A stretch of 64,000 nt of DNA, filler included, from Pelomyxa schiedti (taxonomy: Eukaryota > Protista > Evosea), in NCBI GenBank assembly GCA_020536535.1. It is 14 parts of 14 records of this genome, joined end to end, with 100 filler letters (N's around TTAATTAATTAA, not from the genome) between each part and the next. Parts side by side here need not be neighbours in the genome. Positions count along the whole stretch, not along the records: positions 3,275 to 22,772 come from JAHLWZ010000691.1; positions 22,873 to 24,499 come from JAHLWZ010002376.1; 12 more parts are not named here. One strand, written 5' to 3'. The translations under genes were made by a program, and so were the position numbers. Shown here piece by piece: positions 12,101-24,599 of this stretch. Numbering within the stretch: the first letter of the stretch is position 1; each line of letters opens with the position of its first letter. The notes beneath the pieces are model-generated. The model saw nothing but the letters and a program-made list of their open reading frames with translations. It had not been told where the DNA came from and searched no databases.

Positions 12101-15100
12101 ATATCGAACTGCTGTGCAAGAAGAACTGGTGTGACGGGTATAGGACATCTTGTCCTCCTGAAAAAAGGGAGAGTAGGATAAATATTTGGAAAAAAAAACA
12201 ACAATCCGCACCCAAATCCCACGCAACCCAAGTGTTCTTGCTCATCTTCTCCAGCTTGAAAGAAACATGAACTTCAACTCCATCTGTTGCAAGGTTTTTC
12301 TTAACATTGGTCGAGTTCCTGTTGCTCATCAGGCACCTCAGCAGGGTTGTTTTACCAACACCCCCGTCACCAACCAGAAGACACTTGTGGTTTCTCCACT
12401 CTACCGGTTCCCCACTGTACTGCACAAATTGTCTGAGAACCGGCCACTTCTCATCCCTGAATCTTGTAGGGATAGCTTCCAATGGGTTTCCTTCCAACAC
12501 AACCCTCTCACATCTGCTCAGCCACTGAGGTAGAATGTTGATGTGGTTGTATGAAAGGTCCAACATGGGGCAAGAGGGGGCAAGGCTTTGGAGGAGATCA
12601 GGAACAGAGTCCATGCAGATGAAAGAGAGATCAATAGGTTGCCCTCTCAACACTCTTGACAAGCAAACTTCTGCAACTGCATCCCAGTTTTTGACTTTCA
12701 CCCAGTCCCTCAGTAGGTTCATTGCAATGTCAACAAAGGGTTGTCTTTCCAGTGATGAGGCAGTGCTTCCCCGCTGTCTTTCTTGTTGATGATGATGGGC
12801 ATTCCACAGAATTTGCAGTAGTTCACGGACAGCAGGTGAACCCCAGAACGAGGCATCAATGCCTTGCTTGAAAGTGATAGACTCTATCATTTCACTGAAT
12901 ACAGCAGGATTAGGAGAGCAATCATGGGCTGCATGTAGGAGAGTCAAGCCTTCCTCTTCATCAGTAATTACAACGGATCGCCTTTTGGTGGCCTCGGCAA
13001 AACCAGTGGTGCGGGGACCCGTTTGGCACAAGTTTGAGAGACTTAGAGAAGTTGTCTGGCTAGCTGAAGCCATACTGAGAATTTCATCAGTTGTGTTGAT
13101 GTTGTCTTCCTCTTGCTGTGTTACAATTCGCTTTGCGAGCCGGACTTGAATAACATTGAGCACAACCGAGAGTTCTAAGGAGCTCCCTGATTTCACACCG
13201 TTCCATACAGCCTTTGTGAAATCACAGTCTCCTCCATGAAGGTTGTATCTGGCCGTTATTGTCTGCGTTCTCAAGTTGTTTGGTTCAAGAAGGGCAGACA
13301 TGTCACACTCGAGCTCTGTTACGTCATCTTGGAGAACGTTAGCAGATAAGATGTAAGAGATATTTGAACAACCTGAACTTCCAGAAGGACTCACTCTTAA
13401 TACACTCAATGTTTTATTACTCTGGAGGAGATCTGAATGTGAATTGAATGTGCGATTACAATGAATGTGTACTTAATACCCTCCCATCTATTTGGCTTGA
13501 ACAAAAGTTTTGAGTTATCATGGTAGTAATTCAAAATTGTAAGATACTCCAGTGTTGTGTTCGACCTTAGTGCTTCGAGCAGCAATGTCTCATCATCGAT
13601 CATTCCCCCTTTATTGTTTATTCAATACGGTGGACCTCCTTTAGGCAATGACAAACATACAATCCAGTGCTAACTTCCGCAGAGAGGAATTCCTTTTCAG
13701 CTTTGATGTGAAATAGAGGAAGCTTTCCTTTTCCTCCTTAAACGCTGAAGAACTCGGCAGTATGTAATCACATATTTCAAGCGAGCTGATGTTATCCAGC
13801 ACTCTAAAGACCCATTTGTCAAAGCCCCATGGCAGTGATTCTGTTGAGGAGTTAGTAAATAATACCAATTAAGCGGCAAGAAAAGATACACACTTTTAAG
13901 ACTCAATTTGAAGTTGTGTGTGTACTGAATGCCCTCTGAAAGGTTTCTAATCAACCTTGCTCATCGGAATGCCTGAGAACAGTCAGTAATTACTGGAGAT
14001 AGTGATAGAGTTACCAAATAGTTCCAATCTTCGGAGAGAGGTAGTCCAATTAAGCTGAGAAAGAGGACTTGCCAAAACGTCTTCTTCATTTCCTGCTTTA
14101 ACTAACTTAAATGGGGGGGGGGGGAAGAAGCTTACCTTCGACCCTGATCTCACATGAATGAAGTTGCCTGTTCTGAAGCAATGGCGAGACAAACTGTAGA
14201 TCTGGTGTCTTAAATCCTGCGGAGTTGGGAATAAGCGTGTGTTAAAAAAGGGGAAAAAAAAAACCATCCCGGAACCTTCAACAGAAAAATCGAGTGGTAG
14301 TGATTCACAAAAAGCTTCCTCAACAATCTTTGAAAGTAATCTGGAGAAACTGAAACGGCTTTCCTCGTTCGTGATGTTGCCTATGGACCATTAGAAAAGG
14401 AATTTGTTTTAACTTCACACCAACGTCGATGTCGATTGCGATTGTTTCCCCCTTTTTAATGAAATGGTTTCTATTTCCACACCCCTTCCAGGCGAAAGAA
14501 ATGGCTTTCCCATTGGGTGATTGCTCTTGAATTCCAACATCTGAAGAGCTCAGTTTCTTGTTCTCAGCAGGCTTCCCTTTTTGAGCAAGAAAATACATCT
14601 CTGATGTGATGAGAGGTGCCAGGTCTTCCTCCTTGCTCGGACACCACATTATGAAGTTGGATGCATTGTACTACAGTAAAATACAGAAACTCAATCAGTG
14701 GGGAGAGAAACTTGGGGAGGTGAGAAATACTGTTAGTGCCATTCCAAGCCCTTCAAGCACATGTACTGGCTCTCCATTGTCATCTGGGAGGGCATCAGAG
14801 CTGCCAGGACAAGCAATAAACAGCAGAGGAGCGCATACAGTATGGGTGCCATCTGCATAAGTGCTGGCGCCACCGTACATGCAGTCCAGGTATTGTGGTA
14901 TCTTATTGAAGAAATTCCTGTTTGAGGCATAGTACATCACAGCAACAAGTCTGCCAGTTCGCCGAGCCCACCCAGCCATTTCCACATCTACCCTACAAAC
15001 CCATTTCAATTTTAGTCCCTCGTATATAAATATCGTATATATACCCACATGTAGAGACATATACACATACAATCAAATACAAACAAAAACACACTAAACA

Positions 15101-15472
15101 AACCAACCAACCACGCGACCACCAGCACAGCAGGCATACATACGATGAACATGAGTCTATTTGTATGTTGCCCTTGCCGGGGATAGGGAACCCAGCCCCG
15201 AAGGCGGTCTCCGGGTCCCGCAGCGGCACCCCCCCGCTCGCGATCCAGTCCGTCCGCCCCCGCGTGGGGTCCAGCCCCCACATGTCCCCTGCCCGGCTGC
15301 ACACCACCGTCACCAACACCTCCCCCCCGCCCCCGCCGCCCCCGCCCGCCGCGTCCCCACCCGCTACAGGCCCTGCCCCGCTGCTGCCCCCCTCCTCCTC
15401 CTCGTCGTTGTTATATCCCGGGTCGTTTCGCCGTGCCACCATGTTAGACAACGCGTTGCGTAAAGCGTCCAT
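9180..15472 (-). CDS. Roco family protein (N-terminal region, LRR, Roc GTPase, COR, TKL kinase), multi-exon
   Basis: LDLSYNHINILP LRR; GDGGVGKTT, ATDGV, WDLG/GQD (54-nt intron 12158-12211), VGTHLD; COR W..L motifs; GGFGKV, VAVKE, HGDFHTGN, VADFG, CW..DPAQRP. Linkage of exons upstream of about 13400 is less certain. Confidence 0.85.
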
Positions 15473-15777
15473 TAGACCGGTGTAAACTAAGTCTCGGGCG
15501 AGCAAAGCGTTCAATTTTTGTTTTCCCTCTTCTACAATCAAGGAATGAACAGGGCGCAGGGCATAGCCTACTACGACAGTAGCCGCCTTTCTCTGGAAAT
15601 GAAGTTTCCTTTTGATCTGCTTCGATGAAGGAAGAGACAACAGAGGCAGATTGTGAACAAACACTGGGACTGAGGATGCTGATTCACGACTCCACTGCGC
15701 GTATCTTCTTCCAAGTTTGCACTGAAACGAGCCGCACCCTTGCCGACCAACAACGACATCCCGTCACATGATTTGAT

Positions 15778-17151
15778 TTGGCGGAAGCTACCACCACAAC
15801 ACCAACCACGGCGAACCAACGAGGCCGCGCCGTCGCGGTGGTCCCGGCGTCGCGCACCACAACGACCGCGTCGCATGTGACTGTGACCAGGACCGGCACA
15901 ACCGAGGTCACGACGACCGTGACGCAGACGGCCAACAGGGAGACAGCGAGGGACCAAGTTGGCGCCCTGCTCGCCGGGACGCACCCCCGCTGCGGCGCCC
16001 GGTGCCCGCTGCTGCTGCCGCTTATGCGTAGTACGCCGTCGGCGGCAACTTATGGGATGATCCCGGCAGTGGTGGATGCCGTCGGCGGCGACGGGATACT
16101 GGCCGTGCGGGTGCTGTGGTCGTGGCTGCTGGAAACCACCAGGTTCTACTGCGTGGAGTGGGAGAACGAGAAGCCGCAGCACCTTGTGCTCACGTTCGGG
16201 GTGTCGGCCGTGCTGCTGACACTTACGCACGGAACGAGGTGGTGGGGGCAGAGGCGGTTCCAGGAGATACTGCGCGCGTGCCCCGGCTACCTCGTGGTGC
16301 TGATGACGGCGGTTCGGCCGCAGTACTGCGTCCAGGACAGGGCCACTGGCCACAGAGCGCTGCTGGTCGACAGAAACTGCGAAATGCCGAGCGCGGCCAA
16401 CTTGAAGTGGACGGTGATGTGCGACTGCGATTCGAGGGAGCTGATTGTTGCCGAGATTCCGAGGAAGAGGAGCACAAGTGGCGCGATGTCGATAAACAGG
16501 CCAACTGTTGTCCCACTTGAAACCTGCACCGGGCGAAGATGGACGTTCTGCTTTCCTAAATTCGGGTCTGCCAACGAAGACCATGTGCTGCTGATTTTCA
16601 ATGCTGGCGAGAGCTTCTTGGAGCTCATTTTGGTTGACCTTGCTCAAACTTGTTCAGCCAAGACTCTGTATGTTTTGAGCTCAACTGTTCCAAGGTTGGA
16701 TGACCTGGACCTTCCCGACTATGGGTTACTCGTTACTACGTCCTACTTTGCGGTGACACAACAAAGTGGTGTCCACTCATTCGTTGGAAAACGGGGTGAT
16801 CTCGATCGCATCATCACAGTGGAGGAAGGAACTGGCAGATTGCAGTCGCTGACCAGACCTCATTTGTGGGTATCCAAGCTGAATGAGTCACAGTTCTGTG
16901 GTTTTGTTGAAGGCAAGGGCACCTACACTGTGTGGGATGCCAATGACACAAGTAAGCCCGTGCGCTCACAGCGATGTGCCTCTGGGCGAAAAGGGGGCCA
17001 ATGTTTTGTTGAGGGTGGTCTGCTGTTCCAAGTGAGTGAATCCAGAAAAGAGATAATTGTGACTGAGGAGACCTCTGGTGACCACGTCATCTCATTTCAA
17101 TTGTTCACACCCCTTGTCAGCTTCTATGACTGGTTCTCTGATTATCTCTAA
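15778..17151 (+). CDS. HPRCG-family protein
   Basis: 457-aa open frame with ARDQVGALLAGTHPRCGARCPL and the full C-terminal consensus; no in-frame ATG upstream of the motif. Confidence 0.8.
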   Translation: MAEATTTTPTTANQRGRAVAVVPASRTTTTASHVTVTRTGTTEVTTTVTQTANRETARDQVGALLAGTHPRCGARCPLLLPLMRSTPSAATYGMIPAVVDAVGGDGILAVRVLWSWLLETTRFYCVEWENEKPQHLVLTFGVSAVLLTLTHGTRWWGQRRFQEILRACPGYLVVLMTAVRPQYCVQDRATGHRALLVDRNCEMPSAANLKWTVMCDCDSRELIVAEIPRKRSTSGAMSINRPTVVPLETCTGRRWTFCFPKFGSANEDHVLLIFNAGESFLELILVDLAQTCSAKTLYVLSSTVPRLDDLDLPDYGLLVTTSYFAVTQQSGVHSFVGKRGDLDRIITVEEGTGRLQSLTRPHLWVSKLNESQFCGFVEGKGTYTVWDANDTSKPVRSQRCASGRKGGQCFVEGGLLFQVSESRKEIIVTEETSGDHVISFQLFTPLVSFYDWFSDYL

Positions 17152-17908
17152 CTGTTTGTAACTGATGATCATCAGCTATTCTCCGAAGAATAGCCTCCAG
17201 CCACGCTAAGTAAGTGAGGACTCCTCAGGTTGAGAAAAACCCAAGGTGGCTCAGCCAGGTGGTGACTGAGTACAGTGCGCACACTCTTTGCTCTGGGACA
17301 CGCCATGAATTCGGTTGCCCTCTCGCCTCGGGTTTGACTTCAAAAAAACAAAATTGCTTGTTTCACTTTCCAGAAGGGACCCAACCTGACGGGCTTCAAA
17401 TTTTTCGTCTCTTTCGTCTCCCGCAGCACCCGCCGAAAGTTTTCGGCGACGGTAATTTTCGCAGACCATCAGGTGTCGTGGTTTTTGGTGCAGCGACGAA
17501 CTTTGTTGCTGACGCATGTTTTCGCAACAAAAGTTTTCTAGAACCTCCACTGGGATGGAATTCGAGGTATACATCACAACCAACCGCAAGAAAACCCTGC
17601 CTGAGAATCAGTTACCAGAGGTTTGTGTCACAAGTGAAAATGCATGTGTGGTTTCACAACCAGCAAGTTCTTATGTGGTCGTCTGAGGTGCAGAAGCATG
17701 CCTGGCTGGACAAGAAGGTATGTGACACCCTATTGGCTGTTGTCAATTATGGTCTGACGTTAGGTCAGGACAAACTGTTTTTCTTTCATTGAATACCATG
17801 AACTAGGCCGCACTGTGACCCCCCTCAAAACGTCCCTTTGTGAAAGCTGTTGCTGTTCCTTATCAACAAAAAAAAATGTATTTCCTACTCCCACATTAAG
17901 AATTACTA

Positions 17909-18631
17909 TCAAAGCTTGAGCAGGATGTCCGGCACCCAGTGCGAGAGTATTATCTTGAACGAGTCGTTGTCGAGGTCCTTCTGGTTGCACACCACGTCGG
18001 CAGCCACGTCGGCGCCGGCCAGCTCCGCCTTGAGGTGGACGACGGCCTTGTCGTGGCCGCTGCCCCCCTGCGTCGACACAAGGGCCAGCCTGGTCCCCGC
18101 CTTGCTGGCCGCGACCAGGTCCGCCTTCCTGGCGCGGGCCCACGTCAGCAGCGGCGTGCACAGCGTCCACGCCCAGATGGGGCCCCCCATCACGACCCGG
18201 TGGTAGCGCGACAGGTCCGCGAGGGCCGGGTCCTCCGCCGCCAGCACCGTTACGTTCCCGACCATGGCGTCGTAGCCCGCCTTGAAGAAGTTGAAGAATC
18301 CAGTTCGCTCCTGTTGTGTGTGTAGAGTCAGTTAGGAATATATATTTACTTGCTAAAATGTGCATGATGGTGGCAGATATCCTCAATATAGAGATACCTT
18401 TGTGTCCTTGAGTTCCACTACGGTGACGTCGTTTCCCGGTGCTGCGGCTACGAGGCGCGCGAGCTCCGCGACTACTTTCTTGGTGTTGCCCGAAGCAGAG
18501 AAGTAGACGACAAGTGTGTGGCACGTCGTCGATGACGGTGGTGCGGCCGACGAAGCGCTCGCCATCGAGGGTGGCGCCGACTCCGTGCTGCTTGCGCTTG
18601 TTGCCGTTGTTGTGTCCTCCGTAGCAGCCAT
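17909..18631 (-). CDS. Flavodoxin-like protein, prokaryote type, one intron (18311-18397)
   Basis: LVVYFSASGNTKKV FMN phosphate loop; spliced KDTK/ERTGFFNFFKAGYDAM; YHRVVMGGPIWAW. Confidence 0.8.
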
Positions 18632-18842
18632 CTTGTGGTTTTTTTTTTGTGGGTGTTCTGTGACCCTCGGAAGGTTCGAATGTTGTTGATGACTGGCCTG
18701 CATCATACTTACTCGATGGGCTTTGCCATGACGATTCCAACAGAGGGGAGATGTGAAACGATACACAACGCAAGTAGCACTCTTCTGATCTGGTTGTGCC
18801 GAGGAACTTAGAGTCCTCCAATCAACCAATCTTCACTTCGGA

Positions 18843-20080
18843 GTGATGACAAGGCGTGGTGGTTGTGTCAAATCAACAGAAACAACGAAGGCTAGAGACC
18901 AAGTTATGGGTCTGGCAGCCGGGACACACCCCCGCTGCGGTGCTCATTGCCCATTGTTGGTGTTGATGATGATTGATGGTGGTGGCAGTCTGGTAGTGAG
19001 GCTGGTGTGGTCGTGGATCAGTGAGAACTCGAGGTTCTACTGTGTCTTTTTGAGTAACGGGTGCCATTTTGTCACTCTCACGTTTGGGGTGTCACCTGTG
19101 TTGATGGCGGTGACACATGGAATGAGGTGGTGGGTTCGGAGAAGAGAGTGGTGCGTTCGGAGAAGAGAACACACGCTGGGTGCAAACCAGAGGTACCTGG
19201 TTGTGCAAAGGAGGGCCGATTACTTCCTGCAGGACACTGTCACTGGCCTGAGATATTCTCTTTTTGGGGAGCACTGTAACCTGACCTGGTTCAGGAGAAA
19301 GGGAGATTATTGATGTCCCAAAGTAACACAAACGGAAAGTGGTTTGTGCATTGTGATTGCAGAACAAGGGAGATTGTTATTGCAGAACTCCCAACAGGAA
19401 GGCCTGGGACAGTACAAGAAGAAGTAGCAGTGCCATCAGGCTCATATTATATCCGCGATATCTGCTTTGTTGAGAACTGCAAGGATCACGTGCTACTATG
19501 CTGTAGCCATTTCATGGATAGGGATGTGCTTCATGAATCTGGTCAGCTTGTGTTGGTGGACTTGGCTCAAACCAGGCTACGGAAGAAACTTGCCGTGTTG
19601 AGTGTCACTGTATGCCCAGATTTTGCTGAGGTAGGTGGAAGCTTTCTTGGATCACACCTGGTTTTTAACACGAAGAGTGGTGCAAACGCATTTATGCCCG
19701 TGGAACCCTCCTTTGTGGATTGCCCCCTGATTGAGGAAGGAACTTCCTGTGTTCACAACATAGTCCCACGGATTTCCATCCTCGGACAAGCTCATGGAGC
19801 TGTTTCCCAGCTGAACAGCTCACAGTTCTGTGTTTTTGGATGGAGTTCCTATGAGGTGTGGGATGTGAATGACCTCAGCAATACAGTGAGGACATGTGAA
19901 TGCCTGTGTGGTTGCACAATGGAACAAGCTTTTATTGAAGGTGGCCTGCTGTTCCAGATGAGTTATTCAATGAAGGAAATACACGTGACTGACGAGTACT
20001 CTGGTGCTCACATCACCACCCTCAGTTTGTTCACCCCCCTGAAGAACATCCTTGGGCATTTCTCCTTGCTATTGCAATAG
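18843..20080 (+). pseudogene. HPRCG-family copy with a frame break near 19310
   Basis: ARDQVMGLAAGTHPRCGAHCPL in ORF 18843-19313; remainder in ORF 19310-20080. Confidence 0.7.
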
Positions 20081-20314
20081 TTTCCTTCTATCCATCATCA
20101 AACGCATAATCAAAACCCATCAGAACCTCACAGGTATTTTCCTTCACCTTAGTGAAAGAAAATCTCATGTCGTCACACTCCTTGCACCCCACAAACAACA
20201 TTGTAATCATCAAACAACAATCAATGATTCCAACGTATCCTCCAATTCTTTGGTTCATCCCCACAGAACGTTGGTTGCAACAAATCTACCAAATTCACAC
20301 GATTTTTTTTGGAA

Positions 20315-20469
20315 TTTTCAAAAACGGCCACCAAGCAAAGGAATATTTGCCAGAGACCGCACCACGCTTTGCGGGTGAAAACAGTTTATTGAAACTGTCT
20401 TGCGACACAAATGATGTCCACTTGTTATAAATGTTAATCTTTCTCTTTTCACCGTGGTCGAATATAAAC
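20315..20469 (-). ncRNA. Candidate structured small RNA gene or element, copy 2
   Basis: Exact reverse complement of 8983-9137; USE-like motif at about 20485-20497 on the minus strand. Confidence 0.5.
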
Positions 20470-20608
20470 AGCGCTTTAGAGATGGAATTGTGGGACCAGG
20501 TAAAGCCAACTTGGAACTGTGCTTTTGGATTAGAGGAGAGTTTTTTCGCTTGTGCTTTTTCTCTTTAGTTGGGAAGCCTGGCGGGTTGCTCCATGGGGTG
20601 GTCTATGG

Positions 20609-21840
20609 TCAGTAAACCAAGTACTTGTCCAATAGTTTGTCCAGCTTCAGCAGCTGCATTCCTGTTGGTTTGCCATGCAACATTTGCTGCATGACACCGA
20701 ACACTGTGTTCTCAAGTGAAACAAGATCGCGGAATGCTTCCGAGAATGCGAATCCCTCCGGGTGGGTGTTGTTGGGGGTATTAATTTCTGCTGAGTATGT
20801 TGACATAGCTTGCTGTGCATGCTCTGACTTGGACATCCAGGAACTCAGAGAGCGGAGGAAGCCGTAACCAATATAGTCCACCCTCACTCCTTCAACATCA
20901 ACAAAGCAAAGCCGGTGATTACGGAATGGGGTGGACCTCACACGCCAGTTGGAGGGAACACCTGAGATACATTAGAATTCTGGAAAGTGATGAATTACAC
21001 ACAATCGGCAATATCCAGGGCCAACTGCGGGTTAGCTGCTTGGAGTAGGATGCTGTGCAGGCGCAGCAGTTGTTCTGCGTTCTCCTCGTCAATCACCCCG
21101 TGGATATCACTCCTGTCCATTTTGACAGAGTTAACTGCCTTTGTCACATACTTGTTGCTGTTCAAGCGAGTGTCCTCACAGCCATGAACAAGCAGCTGAA
21201 CTCTTGCCCGGAACTTTTCAGAGTTATTTGGGTCTACCGGGATATGAATACAGACAGATGAAGATGAGTTTGGGCATTCAGAACAGTTTCCTGTTGTGAT
21301 TGCGCCTTGAGGCGGTGGATTAGTTGATGCGGAAGAGTTTGTGACCAGTACTTCTGAATGTAAGCGAAATGGAATTTTGTTGACTGCGGCACATACAGTT
21401 GCAATCTCTTCCATTAGTTCTTTGTCATCCAAGTCATCTCTTCCCAAGTCCCTGCCCTCAATGTATTCTAAAAGTACACATCACAAAAAAAAAGTAAAAA
21501 AAAACCGAGAATATAAACAAACGAATAATTACATCCAATAATAATAATACAAACCTAAAATGAGGGTATTCCCCTGCCTCCACAACACAGTGGGTAGTGC
21601 TCCCACAAGTGCATTCTCATATGGATGCAATTCCTCCTCCCGCTCAGTAGCATCTGTATTATAATCGCGATCATCACAGCCACCGGTACTGCTGCTTGCA
21701 GCAACGGATTGTGGGTCGCTGTCACTACAGCAGCACGGGAGAGCAGATCGTGATCGCGGCTGCTGCTGCGACTGGCACCACGCGCACACGGCCTCGTATT
21801 GCATGGCGTGGGCCTCGCTGCCGCACACCCGCACAACATA
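20609..21840 (-). CDS. Spliced hypothetical protein, possibly atypical kinase/phosphotransferase fold
   Basis: Three ORFs (21529-21834, 20995-21447, 20609-20941) separated by short introns; EYIEGRDL and LCFVDVE motifs. Confidence 0.4.
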
Positions 21841-22872
21841 GTAGCACCCCCCGCCGCTAATGTTTTCCGCAGCGGTGCCGCTGGCGGTGCAGCTATTGTG
21901 GGATGGCGGTGAGGGCGATGCACCGGTGCTGCTGATGGCGGTGGCGGCTGTGGTAGTAGTGAGTACATCGTCCGCGATCGGTGCGGCTGGCGCGACGATG
22001 TACGTCTCCCCGGACAGACCTCCGTTGGGATCCAGGGGCCTCTGTGTGGGGTTTGGCGGACGTGAGCTACGATTATGGGACTGGCGCGTACCAGTGGAAC
22101 CCTATGGGCTGACAGTACTCTCGCCGCCAACTGCGACGCAGACATACTCGCCAGGCACGGCTTCATTTGTAGGACCGATAAACAACAGACCCGAACCGGC
22201 GTGAAGAGTGATGGGGAGACACCTGTGTTGTGGGGACGAGTTCACAAATCTACCCACAATCTTAACACTCTTTACATAAAACAACTCTGTTATTTCTGAG
22301 GGTAAGATGTTTGTTGGAATCACATGGGCCAACTTGGAGCCCAGCTGTCGGGTATTCCCTGAATCAGCAGTCACCCATCACTCTTCACAACCCAACCGTT
22401 GCGACGTAGCAACGGATAGTTCCGTTTCCACGAATGGCCTTCGTGAGCTGGGTTCGCGCCCAGAATGACACGTCTTCCTCTTCATCATCGTCATCGGTGT
22501 TTGTCGAGGCACCGCCGTCTACCAAGTTGGCCGCAACCAGCAATACCAATAATAACATTCTGAGCAACAACACAGCGAATTCAACAAATCCACATCCAGA
22601 TTCTAAAACGAATACAACTGCCTCTCATTCACACTCTATATCATCGGACTCCTATGAAGGTCGCGGTGGCAAAAGACTTGCTACGGCTCTAAGTGCTCAT
22701 TTGATGGAGACTTATATCACGTGCAATCCTGCTGGTGCGGTGAAGCTTCCTTACAAACTGTTCAAACTAGGANNNNNNNNNNNNNNNNNNNNNNNNNNNN
22801 NNNNNNNNNNNNNNNNTTAATTAATTAANNNNNNNNNNNNNNNNNNNNNNNNNNNNNNNNNNNNNNNNNNNN

Positions 22873-23113
22873 CGCCACAAAAGTTGGTTTTGTTTGGGTC
22901 GATTGGGGGGCTGCGTGATGCACCTACACCAAGGAGCTGCACAACAAGCGACACGTGCCCGGACGAGCATGCAATGTGAAGCATGGTCCAGTCGCCGCTC
23001 TCGATGGGGGTGTTGATGTCCCACGTGGGTGACGGCAACTCGGGCATGTCGCCACGCTCGCATGCACCAATCATGGCCCGGATCTGATCCCATGGCAGTC
23101 TTGTTGTCATCGC
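22873..23113 (-). CDS. Ankyrin-repeat protein, 5' fragment
   Basis: GDWTMLHIACSSGHVSLVVQLL..IDPNKTN. Confidence 0.7.
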
Positions 23114-23659
23114 AATGATGGCGTTGGTTCGCGAGGGGGGGGTTATTTTATTGAGCCACTTAGTGCGAAGGCTTGTTGGTTCACTGTTTGTGCACTTTTT
23201 TGTTGTGCTAGTGAGGACTTCCCGAAACACTTTGTTTCGTCTTTGTCTCGCCTCAGTACCACATCCGCATCTGATTGCTCTGGTTCCAGTTTTTAGTGGC
23301 TTTGATGCCCCATTTACCAATCAGCATACAGGCACTACAACGAGATATCTCTGGTACAAGCACTGCACAGTCGTTTGTTCATATTGGAGAGGAATTGGGT
23401 GGAAGTGAACCTGAGTATTGTGGTTCTTCCAGGCCTTTTCCTTTATCTTCTTTTCAGTGGTGATTTGCACTGTGGCCTCCTCTAAGTTTAGTGCAGGGTT
23501 TACCTGAACATGATTCGTGGAGATTTGCCATTTTGGGCTCCCTGTGTAAAAATACGTCGTGTATCACCCCAACAAATCACAGCTGCTAGAATAGATCAAT
23601 TCCAATGCGATTTTTCTGGGTCTGAAATAAATTTCCTTCGAGCAATGGGGAGTCCATCA

Positions 23660-24270
23660 GCTCAAATCAAATATCCATATTTTGGCTCAACTGCTTGTTC
23701 TTCTCTATGTGAAGGTTCGTAATAACGATTTCGATTTAAGCAGGAAGCTCAAACCTAACTGTATCTTCTTGAGATAGTCCTGTCCCCATTTTGTATAACA
23801 GGAATGAATCCTCCAGTAAATTTGGCAAGTTGAGTGTTGGGATGTGTAACACTGCTGTGGTGGCATGGGTTCTTCGTCTTGTGCAAGGTAGGTCTATTTT
23901 TTAAGATGCAGAGAAAAGGAGGCCATTTAGTGACACGATAATCTGTTCGAGATTCGAACCTGAAACAACTTCTTATGTAACAGGCCAGTACCAATATCTA
24001 CTGAGGGCATTATGTTCAGTTACGAAAAAAAAAGGAGGAGAACAATCTAACCTTCACTGTTCCAGTAGGTGGTGTGGGCAATCCACCTTTGCAGAATCAG
24101 CCTTGGCTTGATAAGACATTGCCTCGAAAGCGTCCTGGGCATCCTTTCCAATAATGCCGTAAAAATATCGGCCATGTGGTCGGCCACGCTCGAACGTTCG
24201 ACCCTGCTGCAGCTGTCTCATAACTGCTCCACCAGCCGCCGCCTGAGATAAGCAACGCTCCCGCTCCATC
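23660..24270 (-). CDS. Small multi-exon hypothetical gene
   Basis: Short GT-AG introns near 24000-24050, 23895-23960 and 23705-23755 join open segments; no recognisable motif. Confidence 0.3.
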
Positions 24271-24599
24271 TGCAGGTTGCTCGTCGTCGTTTCGGTCTCC
24301 GTCCAATATCGACAAATCACTGTCAGGTTCACCTCTCACACGGCCCAAACTTTCAAGTGATGGTTCACGACTTTCTGCTACACGGGTGAACAATAAAATG
24401 CGAAAAGAGGGATCTTGTACAGCGTACAGGGACGCGGGTTTGGTTGATGTCCAGGTTGATGTCCTGGTTGATGTGTCTGCACCTACGTCTCTGATATCAN
24501 NNNNNNNNNNNNNNNNNNNNNNNNNNNNNNNNNNNNNNNNNNNTTAATTAATTAANNNNNNNNNNNNNNNNNNNNNNNNNNNNNNNNNNNNNNNNNNNN

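Noticed and set aside
15571-16647. Long antisense ORFs over HPRCG genes (also 34613-35413, 36345-37328, 37847-38827)
   Set aside because: GC-rich shadow frames with no conservation between paralogs
8983-20469. 155-bp inverted repeats as terminal repeats of an 11.5-kb transposon
   Set aside because: No transposase inside and no evident target-site duplication; the conserved motif lies outside the repeats, which fits two oriented gene copies better. Not formally excluded
23880-23910. LKNRPTLHK resembling the RNA polymerase NRQPTLHK motif
   Set aside because: Spans an intron-exon junction out of frame and no NADFDGD motif follows
24437-24475. Three copies of ggttgatgtcc at a contig end
   Set aside because: Too short to interpret
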